64,000 bases of DNA from Paraspadella gotoi (Eukaryota; Animalia; Chaetognatha), in the NCBI GenBank assembly GCA_051294375.1, contig CM119268.1, forward strand, positions 1,229,218 through 1,293,217. The letters are read 5' to 3'. The first letter of the stretch is position 1. Each line of letters begins with the position of its first letter. A model generated the notes under the pieces. The model was not told where the DNA came from. It worked only from the letters and a program-made list of their open reading frames with translations, and did no database searches. The position numbers and the translations under genes were made by a program. Positions 1 to 14,963 of this stretch are shown in pieces.

Positions 1-495
1 ATAATATTATTTGAGTGGGGATTATTTAATTAGTTAAATATGCAAATATGAAATTTGACCTCGGCTGGTCTTCGTTAAAAAACAATCTAATTTAATTTCA
101 AGATTAAAACTTTTTTTAAGAAGAGACATAAAGTTTTCTTTTGATAAGTAAAATAATATTAGAAAGGAAAAGAGTTTCGTCCTACTCAGATTGTCCGAAA
201 ACGAGTTGCAGCTGTGCAGCGGCGCGTCCAGCTTCTTCTCTATCGTTTTCTCCTCACTCTCTCTCTCTCTCTGCTCTCTTCTCTTCTCTCTCTCTCTCTC
301 TTCTTCTCTCTCTCTTTTCTTTCTTATTATTCCGCCATTTTTTCCGCGGCTTTCTTTCTTCACATACAAAATCCCAAATTTACATCGAGATTTCATGGAT
401 TTCTTTTTTCTTAAAATTCTGAATTCATTCTTATATACACGAGAGGGTGGAAATACTGAACCAGCCCTCTCCTCTTCTCTTTTCCCTCTCTCTCT

Positions 496-529
<34 letters not shown>

Positions 530-599
530 TTCTCTCTTCTCTCTTCTCATTCATACACGCATTTGTTTGTTTTTTTACGTATGAAATGATTCATCGCGC

Positions 600-1074
600 G
601 TCAATGAATGACATCAGAGAAAGTGTGACGGTCTCTGAATATTGACATTAGTTCCGGAAACGTGACTTATTGTAAAATGGATCGAAAAATTAAAACGAAT
701 AATTATCGAAAGTTTTTTAAAATATTAACAACATGTTAAATAAAATTCTTGCTCCTACTCCCTGCTACTCCTACTCCAACCAAAACCCTTACTTCCCCAT
801 CCTTTCGCTCCTACGAACCTGCGGACCCGAGGGCCGCCGCTCCAACGAGCAGGAGCGCCGTTGTGAACTTCATCGTTCTCCCTTTTCTGTTGGAGCCGTT
901 ACCACTGGTCCAGCCAAACATGTGACGCGATGAGAAGAAAAAATAAAAATCCAGAAAAAAAATATGTTAATTGTTTTTTTTTGTCGGAGAAAAAAACGCT
1001 GTTCTTCTGTTGAGGAGGAGCTTAGGGCGACGAGGGAAATGAGCTCGCCTTTTATAGGGGAAGACGTGAAAAGG

Positions 1075-1118
<44 letters not shown>

Positions 1119-1741
1119 AGAGTCGAGAGATCGAATTCGTTTGTCGAAGCGAAAAAAAAACTAATAATCAGCGATATATTCTTATTTTTCTTCTTCTTCT
1201 TCTTCTTTCTTATTCTAATTCATATCCTTCTTTCTTCTTCTTCTCCTCCTCTTCGTAAAGAATTAAGAGAATAGAAACACGGTTTAATTGTTAAATATTT
1301 TACCTAATCCATAACTAATTTTTGTTTGGCAAATCCATAACCTAATTTTTAACCTGATCCTTAACTCTAACATTTAATTAATCTTTAAAAAAAATTTAAA
1401 AAACAAATTTAAAATAAATTAGCTAAATTTGTTAAAAATTAGGCCCACGTGCTACCCACTTCTCGCGACCGCTGGCGTTTGCTGGGGAGTGGCTTTAAAA
1501 AAAAGAAATTGCGTCTACATGATTTTTTGCGCCGAATGAGTTCAAAAGTCAAGAAGAGGTTTTTTTTTCGCGGTGGCCTAGTCATCTTAGGCGATTTACT
1601 TAAAATTACATTAAGATTACAAATTCTTTCTCANNNNNNNNNNNNNNNNNNNNNNNNNACCGATCGTGGGTAGCTGTACGAAGACCATTCGGAGTTGCAA
1701 AAAAAAAAAAATTACCAATGGTTATTTATGGAGGCTTTAAT

Positions 1742-1781
<40 letters not shown>

Positions 1782-2058
1782 CTTCTCATCTCTCTTCTCT
1801 CTCTTCTCTCTCTCTCTCTCTCACACATTCTGACATATTCATACGCGCCGCTCCCTCAGCAAAAATATTTCCTATTCGCACTGAAAAAAATTTGGTCAAA
1901 GATTTTTTTTTTCTCTCCAGAGTCACGAGAATCAAAAATAATATAGGACGAAATATTTATTAAATTCGACAAGAAAAAATCCAAGATAAAGAATAAGTAA
2001 ATCAGACAACAGAAATTGATTTATGGGGGATCTAGACAAGAGAGAGGATGAGAGAGAG

Positions 2059-2098
<40 letters not shown>

Positions 2099-3240
2099 AG
2101 AGAGAGTAGATAATGGCTTCGTAAGAAACTATACCTTTCTACTCTTTAATATTTTGCACTCAGAGAATCTTTCGTACGCAGGTGTTGTTGTTCCTCGGAT
2201 TGCGAAAATTGCGTTGAGAGAGAGAGAGAAGAGAGAGAGGAGAGAGAGAGAGAGACGAGAGAAGAGCAGAGAGAGAGAGTGTATAATTTGACTAATAGCC
2301 AATTTCTGTTAAATCTGCTTCAGTCGCTTTATGAAAATATGGATTGAAATAGAAATTGCACTATCAATTTCAAACCTACATATTGGGAGGTGCTCTCTCT
2401 CTCTCTCTCTCTCTCTTCGCTCCTATCTTTGAGGAAATGTTAAAATAAAATCTAATGAATTATTAAGCCCTCTGTCTCTCAATACTGAACACTAAGGCGA
2501 AAAACGGTTTTCCGTCTCAGTCTCTGGACCAGTATAATTTTGTTGTTAGTCTCCTGCACAATGTAACAATCTAGAGTGATGTGAAGGATAAAATTCTAAG
2601 AAAAATTAGAATTTAGCATTATAAAATATGTAAATAAAAACAATAGAAATACACTAGTAAACTTCATTTTTAAATCATTTTATATATAGTGGCACGCAGT
2701 GAGATATTTTTATAGTTTCATAAGTATATAATAAGCTAAAATTTCAAATGCAAATTTTTAAATTTAAGATCCTTGCAAAAGTTGATGTAATAGTAAAGTA
2801 TTGCTATTTACCTAATCATAATTAGCTTGAAACAATGTTAACACGCTGTTACTTGATTTTTTTTTATATTTAATTATTGTTTTTTCTTTAAAAAAAAAGT
2901 AATACTACTGCTGTCATCACTGTGAATCTCATCAGTTTTCCATTTTTCCGACATTTATTACTAAATAATAATAATAAAAATACTAAATATTTATTTCGTA
3001 AATAATCTTTATTTTATTGATCTTCAAAATCATTTTAAATTTCGAGTCCAAATTCATTCGGTGAATTCGTTCATTACGTTACCGAAATCTCTCACTTCCA
3101 AAGTCAGGTTCACAAATCTCTTTCGTTAAAAAGGATAAAATGGGCCAAAGCTGAAGATCGCGTGCTGGAGTTCTTTCTGTTTCTTGTGTTTTGGTTTTTG
3201 TTTTTCTCTTTTTCTCAAGGATTTTAAACTTTCGTTTTTT
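600..3240 (+). repeat. Noisy direct duplicate of about 12120-14810
   Basis: Collinear shared anchors, e.g. aaagtgtgacggtctctgaat (619 / 12128), gagttcaaa(a)gtcaagaagagg (1538 / 13117), cgttaccgaaatctctcacttc (3077 / 14653). Confidence 0.92.
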
Positions 3241-5002
3241 TGCCAAGGTATGTCATCCTTCGAATCGCCTTCCCCGGGGGCGGTGCTGGCGGGCGGCCCG
3301 CGGGGTGGACTTCCGCGGGGCGCCCGAGGGGCAGGCAACATCTTTAGCTCGGCTAGGGGGCGGCCCCCTGTGCCTCTTTTTGGCAGCCCCAAGGGGCCAA
3401 CTCAGGGGAATCCCCCAGGGCTAGAAAACCTGCCCCTGGGGCTACCCCCAGGGGGATGGATTTTCCTGCCCCTTGAACGGCTCTCCCCCCTCGTATCTCT
3501 TCTTCCCTTTACTCTCTCTTTCTTCCTCCCTCTCTCTCTCTCTTTCTCTATCTATTTTCTGATTTTCATCTTTCATTACAATAAAATATAAAAAAAAATA
3601 AAAATAAATATTTTACTTCAATTAATAATATATAAAACAAAGAAAAACCCCACATAATATAACCATCTCGCATCACTTCTCCGCGGTTTCCACCTCTGCC
3701 CACCTTCAGTCAACATTCGACATAAATTATGGCTCAATAAAAATAAAATAAATCTCTCCTTATAATTTAGTAACTGCTTTACATTTGGTTACCTTCATAA
3801 GTGCGCTAAACTTTATAATTTGCGGTCAAACTTTAATAATTCTGGTAAACTCTCATAATTTGCGCGTCAACTTGCATAAATTTGGTCAACTTAGACCAAA
3901 TTTGGACCAACTTTGGATTTAAAAAGACCGGTCGTCACGGGCGAGCGACTTCTGGGTCACCTATCCGTAAAACTACATAGATCAGTTGTTTATCGTAGTC
4001 ATAAATCTCATTAATTTGTCAACAATCAACTTAACAATTAGCCTAATTAATAATTTTATCCATAGCAAATAAAAAAAAGAAGAGAGAATGAGTTGCAAAA
4101 ACATTTTTAATAGATGTTCAAGTAATAAGTACTTTTGTTTTTCCATTAAAACTCACTATATTTTATTTTTCTACCCAACACCGAACAACATATTTTATCT
4201 CTTTTAATTAATTTTATATATGAAAATAAAGAGTAGAATGGATATTTTATTTTTTAATTCACTTAATAAAAATTTAGATTTAATTAAATATTTAATTGAT
4301 TAATTAATTAATATCAGTCTATTAGAGTTCTCAATTCCCATATTAGTGCATTAACTCCAATTCTTTATTATCCGTGTAATAATTAACATAGCAGTGATTG
4401 GAGATTAACATTTTGTTATGGGTAGAAAAGTATGATGATTTGACGTCTAGATATAAAGTTATTGCTATTCTCTCTCTACAAATCGATCAGCCTCATACTT
4501 AACTCACGAAATGTGAGTTCATCTTAAGCAATCTACAATACTGCGCGCGATTATTTAATACCAAATACTTAAATAAAATAAAATTTTATTTTACGAATGT
4601 AAACTGTTTATGTTTGATGAGTTGAATGATAGTTTTTTATTATTTTTGGGGGGGCTCCATAATTTCACTTAATAGTAGGTCTGTCAGCTTCACTGCCAAT
4701 TATTTGTCTGAGTGATAGTTTTATTTTAAGTTTCTTTTTAAACATCAAATTATGAATATTTTTTTTAAAAATTATGTCTCGTCTATTCAGTCTATGCAAG
4801 ATGTCCATCCAAACAAAAAAGAAAAAAAAATTTCAAAAAAGATTGTATTGTATTATCCTTTCAGTTTCTCTCTTTCACCAATGACCCATTTCACTTCTTT
4901 TCAAACAACTGATGCTTGGCCTCAACTATAAGACTGTAACTCCATCTTTTAAAAACCACATATTTCTGTGTTGAAACTTTTGCCCCTCTCCTCTTTCTTT
5001 CT

Positions 5003-5041
<39 letters not shown>

Positions 5042-5085
5042 GTTCATTCATGGGCGATGCACAAATTGTAAAATTATTTAATTAA

Positions 5086-5129
5086 ACGCTCATGAAGACT
5101 CACGAAAAAGGAGTCGAATACATGTCCGT
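5086..5129 (+). ncRNA. Degenerate or miscalled hammerhead ribozyme at the end of a PLE-tail remnant (about 4850-5140)
   Basis: acg-CTCATGA-a-GACTC(acgaaaaag)GAGTC-GAATAC-AT-GTC-cgt; two core defects in a noisy region; preceded by tgtgttgaaacttt and (CT)n like the tails at 42787 and 49477. Confidence 0.55.
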
Positions 5130-8100
5130 ACAAAATAAAATCGTTGGAAAGAAACTAATTTTCAAACTTTGCTTTAAAAAAATAAAGACTAAATGAAACA
5201 ATAAAAAAAATAAGTATGATCAAAATTGACTGAATTAGCTTTTTACACTAGATTTGTTTGGCTACGTGTCCTTACAATTGATTTGCTATAAAACTGTCTA
5301 TATCTTTTTATACTGAAATTAAAATAATTTGGCGTTAAATAATACATAATATCTTATTTTTAGATATAAATATGGAATAAATGAGTCACAATAAATTTTG
5401 ATTATAGAATATGTTATATGTAGCTCGGGGCAATTGTCCTTTTTAGGTTCACGCCCATCCTTAAACGCATTACTCTTTCAGTTGTGCCTGGCTGGTATGT
5501 CATTGAGTATAAGCCTCTTCAGCTCTGAACCACTAGCTGACTGGGTTGCAATCCCAACCCTCCTGCACTGCGACATAACTGGTTACCTACCCTGCGCGGA
5601 AAGGAGTGAGGACGGCCTCGCTAAGCCCGCCTGGGGGCGTGGTGCAAACCCTCAATGCGTTGTTCCAACCCAGGAAACCCGATCTGCATCTCTGCTACAG
5701 AGCGGGGTGTACTAGAAGTATGAGGATTAGTCATTTCTGCTCCACTTAGCGCTCTTATACCACTAGTGATATTTAAATTCATGTTACATAAAAAACAAGT
5801 CTTGAACACGCAGTACGAGAGATAAAAAGGATTTATAGAAGAGAGAAAAAAAGAAATCGAGAAGAGAAAAAAGGATAATAAAGAGAATTTTAAATGAGAA
5901 AAAAAGAAGAGAGAGAAGTATACTAAAGCAGAGAGAAAAAGAAACAAAGGAGAGAGAAAGAGAGAATAACAGACAGGGAGGATAATACATTAATCATATC
6001 ATAGTCAATAAGATATATTTTCATCTCAACTTTTGCTCTCTCTTTAACCTCGCCCCTGGGGTGGAGCAGATTTTTTTGGTCGCTCCCCAAGGGTCTTTTA
6101 CCCCCAAGGGCAGACTTTTTTTTGGCCCAGGGGGCTAGGGCTTCTAGGGGCGCCCCTATATAGACCCAAAATGTCTGGCCCAGGGGAACCCCCCTGAGGG
6201 CGGCCACCTGAGACAATCGCAGAGGGGGCCGCCCCCCTTCCTCATACTGACCATTTTGTTGCTCCCCCTGGGAAAGTCTGCCTCCCTCAGGGCTCGGCCC
6301 CTAGAGGCCGCCCGCCGGGCGGAGGATTTGGAGATGAACATTTATTTCTCTTTTTTGCTAACCTAAAAAAAACTGGTTGAAAAAAAGAAAAACTTTAAAC
6401 TTTAGAATCTTTCAATCCACGTTCGACTTCAGATTCCGGTGAAAAAAAATCTTTCTATGCATGGGTCTCCCCTCTTCTCTCTCTCTCTTCTCTCTCTCTT
6501 CTTATCTCTGTTCAGTCTCTCTTCCCATTGTCCTCTGAACTGTTCTCTCGCCGCCTAACTTTGCTTCTCCTCTCTCTTCACTTCTCATCTCTCTCTTCAT
6601 CTCATCTTCTCTACTTTCATATTCTGTCTCTCCTCTCTTCTCTTCTCTTCCTCTCTCTCTCTTCTCTCCTCTCTCTCTTCTCTCTCTCTCTCCTCCCTTC
6701 CCCCTCTCCCTTCGTCTTTACTTTCATCTGGCTCATCTCTCTCCCTCACCTCTCTATTTCGTCATCGCTCAATTATTCAACGAAATCCAAAAAATCGAGT
6801 TTTCGAATTCGTTCTTTGGGAAAACTGAATTTCAATCATAAGAAAAACAATAGAAGAGACAGAGAAAAAGGTCGAAAACAAGATTAGAAAAAAAAAAAGA
6901 AAAATTGGCCTTATTTTCCCAGGAAACGGCCCATTTATTCTATTTCCCAAAACGCCCATTTATCTTATTTTTTAGAACGAAACTATTTTGATTTTATTAC
7001 TTTCCCAGAATGGACCTATTTTAACTTTTCCCAGATACGAACTTTGTAGATGAAGTGTGCTATAGTAAGGCCGTAAGAATGCTATAGAACTTTTAACCCC
7101 GTCTAACAGCATGACTGATAATCGCATGTGAACCACATGAAGAATTCATTGAAAACCTAAGTTGAAGGATCACTGCCCACAAAAACAAGAATAAATATTG
7201 CCCGCAAAGATAAAGTATTGGGTGGGATGAACCGCCTAAAATTCTAGAAAAATTAGAATTTAGCATATAAAATATGAAAATAAAAACCAATAGATATACT
7301 TTAGTAAATTCATTTTTAAATTTTATATATTAGTGGGCACCNNNNNNNNNNNNNNNNNNNNNNNNNGAGAAGATGAAGAGGAAGGGGAAGAAACAAGAGG
7401 CAAGAAAAAAAGAAAAAGAAAAGCAAGGAAAAACAGGGGGGGAAGAGGAAGAGGAAGGGGAAAGAGAAGAGACAAAAGGAAAAAAGAAGCGTAACAGTAG
7501 GAAAAGGAAAGGAAAAAGCAAGGGAGGGAAAGAGGTGACATGAAAGAAAAGAAAGAGGAAGAAGAAGGGAGAACAAAAACAAAGGAAAGCAAGGGGAGAG
7601 AGGAAGGGTGAAAGGGGAGATTGGGGAGAAGGAAGGAAGAAGAGGCAAAAAACAAAAAGAAAGGGAGGAGGGGAAGGGGGGGGGGGGTAGGGGAAGAGAG
7701 AAGGAAGGGGGGGAACGAGGTAAAGGGAGAGATAAGGAATGCGGATGAAATAGGAATGAAAAATAGGTAGGGGTGTTGGGATAGGAGGGAGCGCGGAGAG
7801 GAGAAGGGGTGGGAAAAGAAAAAAGAGAAACAAAAAAAAAAAAAAAAAAGAAAAAAAAAAAGCGAAAAAAAGTAACAACAAAGAAAAAAAAGATAGAACA
7901 AAAAAAGAAAGAAAAAAAAAAAAAAAAGAGAACGTGATACTGAAGAGAAGGAGAGAAAAAAACATAAAAAAGAGGGGAACAAGAAAGGAGAGGCAAAAAG
8001 AAATATAAGGTGAGAGAGCCCGAAAGATTAGGCTGAGGAGGAAGTGCAGGGAGAGGAAGGAGGAAGAAAGGAAGACGAGACAGGTGGACGAGAGAAAGGA

Positions 8101-10861
8101 GAAAGGGAGAAGAGGGCAGAGGAGGGAGGGGAGGGAGGGAGAACGGGAAGGGAGAGGACGAATAGGGGAGAAGTAGTAGAAGAGGACACTTTTTAATTTT
8201 TTGTTTAGTTTCTTTTTAAATTTGAAGGAGATGACGACGAATGTTGAATTCATGTTATCAGTTGAACTTAGGTTGAGTCGAAGAAGGAAGAAAAGGGAAA
8301 TGGCGGAAAGAAAGGAATAAGAAATAAAACGAGAGAGAGAGAGAGAGAGGCAGAGAGAGAGAGAGGAGAGGGAAGAGAGAGAAAGCAGACAGACAGAAAA
8401 TGTATAAACAATAAATAAAACCAAAGAATCAATAATCAAAAATTAAAGTCAAAACGATCTCAAACAAAAAGGCAACTTTGAAATATTAAAAACTCTTCAA
8501 ATAGTTTGCGGGATGCGAAAAGTCCCACAATCGATTCTCCCACTGGGTAATTACACAGTGTTATGGCAATTACGAGACGAATCGAACAATTCTTTTTCTT
8601 TAAATAACTTTTCATTCATAACCTCTTTTTAATTAACCCAACAGTTTTTTTTTTAAGACTTTGAAAAAATTAGAGAAGAAAAACGGAAATTTATATTTTT
8701 CAGAATAAAAAAGAAGAAAGAAAGAAAAAAGAACAAATGTCCTATTTTATATTTTTTTACGAAGAAAATTCGGAAGAAAAAAGAAAAAAAAAGAAAGGAA
8801 GAAAATGACACAAATTGATTTCACAGCCGCAGATTCACTCCCGTAACACACTAAATTAAAATTTCTTTCTATCTCTCAGAAGAAACTTATTCGGAAAAAA
8901 ATTTTTTATTTTTAATTCCCCCGTCACGTTCGTTCCCTATTATGAATTACACTTGTATATTTTATAATTTTTATGTTGTTAAGGTACGCCATTATTTATG
9001 TTATTTGTTTTTATTGTTATTAACTTAAACGAACTTTTAACAATTTATAAAAAAAAGAAGGGCGGGAGTAGAGAGAGAGAGAGGGAAGAGAAGAACTGTC
9101 CCTCAGGCGGCAACAACACAACAACAACAACAACCAACCTTCCCTTCACATCGAGTCCATTTGACAACAACAAACAACACACAACAACATCCTTCCCTTC
9201 ACTCGAGATTCCATTTCGCAGGGTGGGGTGAGATGACATTTGAATCTGGCGTTTTTAGTTTTTTCACGTGAGACCCGAATGTTCTTCACTTGCTCGTCCG
9301 ATTCGTCGTTCAGCGTGTCCTTCGTTGTCGTAGACGTAAGTCTTGCGGCGTGGTACGAACTTGGATATGCCACTGATGTCGTTGGGGAGTGGGTGTTGGG
9401 AAATAAATGTGAGACCGATCGAGTCGATCGATGATGTATTGAAAGATACTATTGATCGATTGACTAAATTTAATTGTAATTTAATTAATTGATAACAATT
9501 CCTTCAATCTCGTTAACGTATATTTTATCCGTAGAAGAACCGGAACTGCAGTTAAGATGATCGTTCGAATATTTTTATAAAAAATAAAATTTTAATCTTC
9601 TATTATCTTTTTTTAACGAAAAACCTCAGCTGAGCCAATAGATCACGTCCTCCCCCCATCTCACTTTATCTTGTTTCTATCTTCAGTTTTTCAGTTGCGC
9701 CGCGATTCCGCGGAGCGACGTCTAAGTCACTTTTCGGTCGCTGTCTGTCGGTCTAGCTTTCCACTTATTACAAATTGCATATATTGCCTACAGTTGGTTC
9801 ATTGTGTTAAACAGCAAAACTCAAATATCTAAGGATGTAGATGCCGCCTTCAGGAATTGTCTCAAAACTATCTAAAGGGACGTGATGTGATCAAAGGTGA
9901 AATACACGTGAAAATAAAGGTCACTGCGTCGCAACACATTGGAATTTACAGTTTGTTTCTTTGTTATTTTGCAATTGAAAATTCGACAACGGGATATTTT
10001 CTTTACATACCATTTCGTTAAAGTGGAACTTTGACATATTATATATATTGTTTTGATGGAATTTATCATCATAACATAGAAAAAAAAAAGGGAATCGGAA
10101 ATACCTTTTATAAAGTTGCAGCTGTTTTTACCGAGCGGGAAAAAATCATATCGTCTGATTCCATTCTCCAGAGTTAAAACGGCGAGAATGACTTCGCCCA
10201 GAAGTTTTCTAACTCGCGCAACACCCCTTGGTTTTTTTTTCCAACACCCCTCCACACCATAACTCGTCGGATCAGTGGCAGCTCTTTCTAAAACCCCCCG
10301 TTTCAACTTACATCGATCAAACTCATTTTTAGGGTTTAATAATTAGGTTATGGGTTGAGGATTACGTTACGTTATAATAATATACGGTATAATGGGATAT
10401 GGATTTAATATTTTTTAAAAAGATAGAACTAAATATTTAAATTAATCATTAAATTTTAAATGATTGGATCTCTAAAATAAGGGCACGTTCTGGTATAAAT
10501 AGGCCCAACAAAGGTGCGGCACCACAACAAAATAATAGAATAACTTATGCTGAAGAAACCTTACCCGCATCGCAGATTTGGCGAAGCTTGTCGAGAAATG
10601 GGGGTGAGAGGACTCTCGAGAAAGATGAAATTATTGACTCTTCGCATTTTAAGAAACATAAGTTTTTTTCTTTCCTCTTTCTTTTTCTTTCTCGCTTGGA
10701 AGGGAATTATCAATCTTCTGGCTCTCTCTGCTCTCTCTCTCTTCCTCTCCCTCTATCTCTCGTCTCTCTCTCTCTTCTCTCTCTCTCTCTCCTCTCTCTC
10801 TCTCCTACTCTCTCTCCTCTCTCTCTCTCTTTCTCTCCCTCTCTTCCTTCTCTCTCTCCCT

Positions 10862-10896
<35 letters not shown>

Positions 10897-11190
10897 CTCT
10901 TTTTTCCGAATATCTGATTATTATTTATTTTCGGGCATATTCTTGTCTTTTTCATCCGTATGGTTGACTTTTTAGGCTTTAAATGATTCATTTAAGGCCT
11001 AGTATAGAGTATCATAACTGGGATGGAGGTATCATTACTGGGATGGTATATCATGACTAGGTGGAGTATCATGACTAGGATGGGGTGTCATCATTGATTC
11101 TTTTTGGTTTCATATTACGTTTTAGCGGAGTAAATACACAAAGAAAAGAAACAAAGGAAAGTCTGTTAAAATCACAGGGGAAAGGGAGTG

Positions 11191-11222
<32 letters not shown>

Positions 11223-11237
11223 AGAGAGGAGAGAGAG

Positions 11238-11274
<37 letters not shown>

Positions 11275-12119
11275 GAGAATTTATTATGAAAAAATATCCA
11301 ATTATGAACAATTTATAACAATAATATTTACTTGGCTGTAGCCTTCCGATTTTTTTGTGTCTAGTACAAAATCCTTGATTGTTCGATAGTTTGAGCGAAA
11401 CACTTCATCTTTATTTTAAAGGTGGGAAATTCTATTCTCTCTCTTCTCTCTCTCTCAACTTCATCACTTCTTCCATCCCCCCCTCTTTCGGTCCACCCCC
11501 TTCCCTCCGATCTGTTTCACGTTCACACATTTCAACGTGAGCTCTGAAATCCTTTTTCGATTGTCTGACGCGCAAAGCCCTTCGCAGCTCGATTGCCCGT
11601 TCTCGGCTCAAGAACCTCGGCGGACTCTTTTTCGCCCCCGTCGGCACACCTTCGGCGTCGCGTGGCCGCGGGACTAGGGGGGCCCCAGTGGGGGGGGGAT
11701 TCGATAAGAAGGGTTGACGAAGCGAAGGAGATGGTTAAAGCGAAATATAAAAATTTAATGTAACATATTGTCATTTATTTAAATTGGGAAATATGGACAA
11801 ACTAAAATACGGAGAAATATATGATGAATTTATTTATTTCTTTAATGAATAAATGTGAAAAATTGAAAAGCGTGAGGATCAGGTTCACGTGAAGGAAGAA
11901 AGAAAAAAGAGCAAAGAAAAAAGAAAGATTTTTGTTGTGGAAGTCGGCGAGTTTGAAACTCTGACGACGAACTTCGTGCCTGGACAATGGGACGGGGCTT
12001 CATCTTCCAGAGACAGAGCAATGAGGAGAGAGAGAGAGGAGAGAGAGAGAGGAGAAGAGAGGAGAGAGAGAGAGGAGAGACGAGAGAGAGAGCAGGAGAG
12101 AGACGAGATGACGAAGGAG

Positions 12120-13305
12120 AGAGAGAGAAAGTGTGACGGTCTCTGAATTTGACATTAGTTCCGGAAAGTGACTTATTGTAAAATGTGGATCGAAAATTAA
12201 AGAATAATTATCGAAAGAGTTTTTTAATATTACAAACATGTTTTAAATAAATTCTTGCTCCTACTCGCTGCTTACTCCTACTCCAACAAACCCTTCTTTG
12301 CCGTCCTATCCTTGACAACTGCGGACCGAGGGCCGCCGCTCAACGAGCAGGGACGCTGTTGTGAATTCATCGTCTCCCTATTTCTGTTGGGCCCGTTACC
12401 ACATGGTCCAGCCAAACATTGTGACGCGATGAGAAGAAAAATAAATCCAGAAAAAATATGTGTTAAATTGTTTTTTGTTTTTCGGACGAAAAACGCTGTT
12501 CTTTTGTTGAGGAGCTTAGGAGCTAATAGGGCGAAACGAGGGAATGAGCTTCGCTTTTATAGGGAAGACGTTGAAAGGGGGGAGAGAGAGAGAAGGAGAA
12601 GAGAGAGAGAGGAGAAAGAGAGACCCAGTTTGTGGGAAGAGGGAAGAGGAGAAGGGGCACGTACTTCGGAGAAAGAGAAAGAGAGAGAGAGAGATGAGGA
12701 GAGAGATCAGAGTCGAGAGATGCGAATTTCGTTTGTCGAGAGCGAAAAAAATAATATGGCGATTATTTCTTAATTCTTCTTCTTCTTTCTTTTATTTAAT
12801 TTCTTCCTTTTCTTCATTCTTCTCTCTTCTTCGTAAGATATTAACGGAGATAGAAACACGGTTTAATTGTTATAAATTATTTACTAATCCATAACTAATT
12901 TTTGTTTGGCAATCCATAACCTAATTTATTAACTGATCTTAACTCTAACATTTAATTAATCTTAAAAAAAATTTTAAAAAACAATTAAATAAATTAGCCT
13001 AAATTGTTAAAATTAAGGGCCCACGTGCATCTTCATCGCGACCGCTGGCGTTGCTGGGAGTTGGCTTTTAAAAAAAAAGAAATTGCTGTCTGTACTATAT
13101 GATTTTTTGGCTAGATGAGTTCAAAGTCAAGAAGAGGTTTTTTTTTATCGGCAGGTGGCCTTCGTCACTCTTAGGCGATTTACTTAAAATTACAATAGAT
13201 TACAAATTCTTTCTCAACCGATGTGGGGTAGCAAGAGACATGCGGTCCAGTTGCCAAAAAAAAAACTTACATTGGTCTATTTATGGAGGCTTATGATCTC
13301 TCTCT

Positions 13306-13337
<32 letters not shown>

Positions 13338-13743
13338 TCTCATCTCTAACGACACATATTCACGCGCCGCTCTTCTACAGACAAATATTTCGCTATCGCA
13401 CTGAAAAAAATTTTAGGGTCAAAGATTTTTTGTTTCAAAAGTCGAACCGAGAATCAAAATAATTTAGGGTGACGAAATATTTAGTTAAATTCGCAAGAAA
13501 AAATCCAAGTAAGATATAAGGTAATTTCAGAACAGGAAATTGGATTTATGGGGGATTAGACGAAGAGAGAGTAGAGAGAGAGAGAGGTGGGAGAGAGAGA
13601 GAGGGAGAGGATAATGGCTTCCGTTAAGAAGCTATACCTTTCTAGACTCTTTGAATATTGTTGATCAGCAGTGAATTCTTTTCGTCGCAGTGTTGTTGTC
13701 CTCGATGACTGAAATTGACGTTGGAGAGAAAGAGGAGAGAGAC

Positions 13744-13779
<36 letters not shown>

Positions 13780-14925
13780 AGGAGAGTAATTTGATAATGA
13801 AGGGTCTAAGATTTTGTTCGCTAGCGTCATTCTCACTGGTGTTAGATCTTACGGGACCTGCTTCATCCGCTATGAAATATGATTGAAATAGAAATTTTCA
13901 CACTATCAATTTCAAACCTACTGTATTGGGGTGCCCCTTTGCTTTCTCTCTTTCTCTTTCTTCCTCTTCATCTCTCTCTCTCTCGCTCTATTCTACGTTG
14001 GGAAATGTAAAATAAATCTACATGAATTTATTAGCCCTCTGTCTCTCAACTGAACTAGGCGAGAAGAACGGTTTTCGTCTACAGTCTCTGACAGTATAAT
14101 TGTTGTTTGTTGTTCATCTGACATGTCTCATAGGAGTGATGTGAAAAGATAAATTCTAGAAAATTAGGAAATTTAGCATATCAAAATATGAAATAAACCA
14201 ATTAGATATACTTTAGTAAAATTCATTTTTAATTTTATATATTAGTGAGGCACCAAGACAGTGAGCTATATTTTTGTTACTGATAAGTATATAATAAGCT
14301 AAAATTTTCAAAATGCAAATTTTTAAATTTTAAGATCCTTGCAAAAAGTTGATGTAAGAAAGTAAAGCTTATTTTACCTAATCATAAATTAGCTTGAAAC
14401 AATGTTAACACGCTGTACTGATTTTTTTTTATTTATATTTTGAAATTATTGTTTTTTTGTCTTTAAAAAAAAGTAATACTACTGCCGTCATCACTGCTGA
14501 TCTCATCAGTGTTTCCATTTTCCGACATTTCATTTACTAAATAATATAATAAAAATACTAAATATTTTTATTTCTAAATAATCTTTATTTATTGATCTCA
14601 AAATCGATTTTAATTTTCGAGTCCAAATCATCTCGGTGAATTCGATTCATTACGTTACCGAAATCTCTCACTTCACCAAAGTCAAGGTTCCACAAAATCT
14701 CTTTCGTTAAAAATAAACAGCAAAGCTGAAGATGCGTGATTCTTTTCTGTTTTCTTTGTTGTTTTGTTTTTGTTTTTTCCTCTTTTCTCAAGGATTTTAA
14801 ACTTTGTTTTTTTGCTAACAAAAAAATGGTTGAAAAAAGAAAAACTTTAAACTTTAGAATTTCAACCATTCGACTTTCAGATTCCGGGAAAAAAAATCTT
14901 TTTCCAAGCATGGTGTCTCTTCTCT

Positions 14926-14963
<38 letters not shown>

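Noticed and set aside
3250-3490. GC-rich islands at 3250-3490, 6050-6330 and 15120-15520 as exons or foreign DNA
   Set aside because: They interrupt the noisy duplicated blocks where the other copy has different sequence, and two are dominated by G/C homopolymer runs; low-quality read segments are more likely.
5419-5699. Solo LTR suggested by TGTAGC...GCTACA ends
   Set aside because: No target duplication, and homology with other copies continues past the apparent end.
7367-8170. Long purine-only tract (and pyrimidine-only tract at 17190-17830) as triplex/H-DNA element
   Set aside because: It is aperiodic and adjacent to a 25-N gap or a decaying minisatellite, consistent with base-calling noise.
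10547-10595. Possible hammerhead CTGAAGA...CGAAGCTTGTC
   Set aside because: No convincing stem II or stem I, and it lies in a noisy region.
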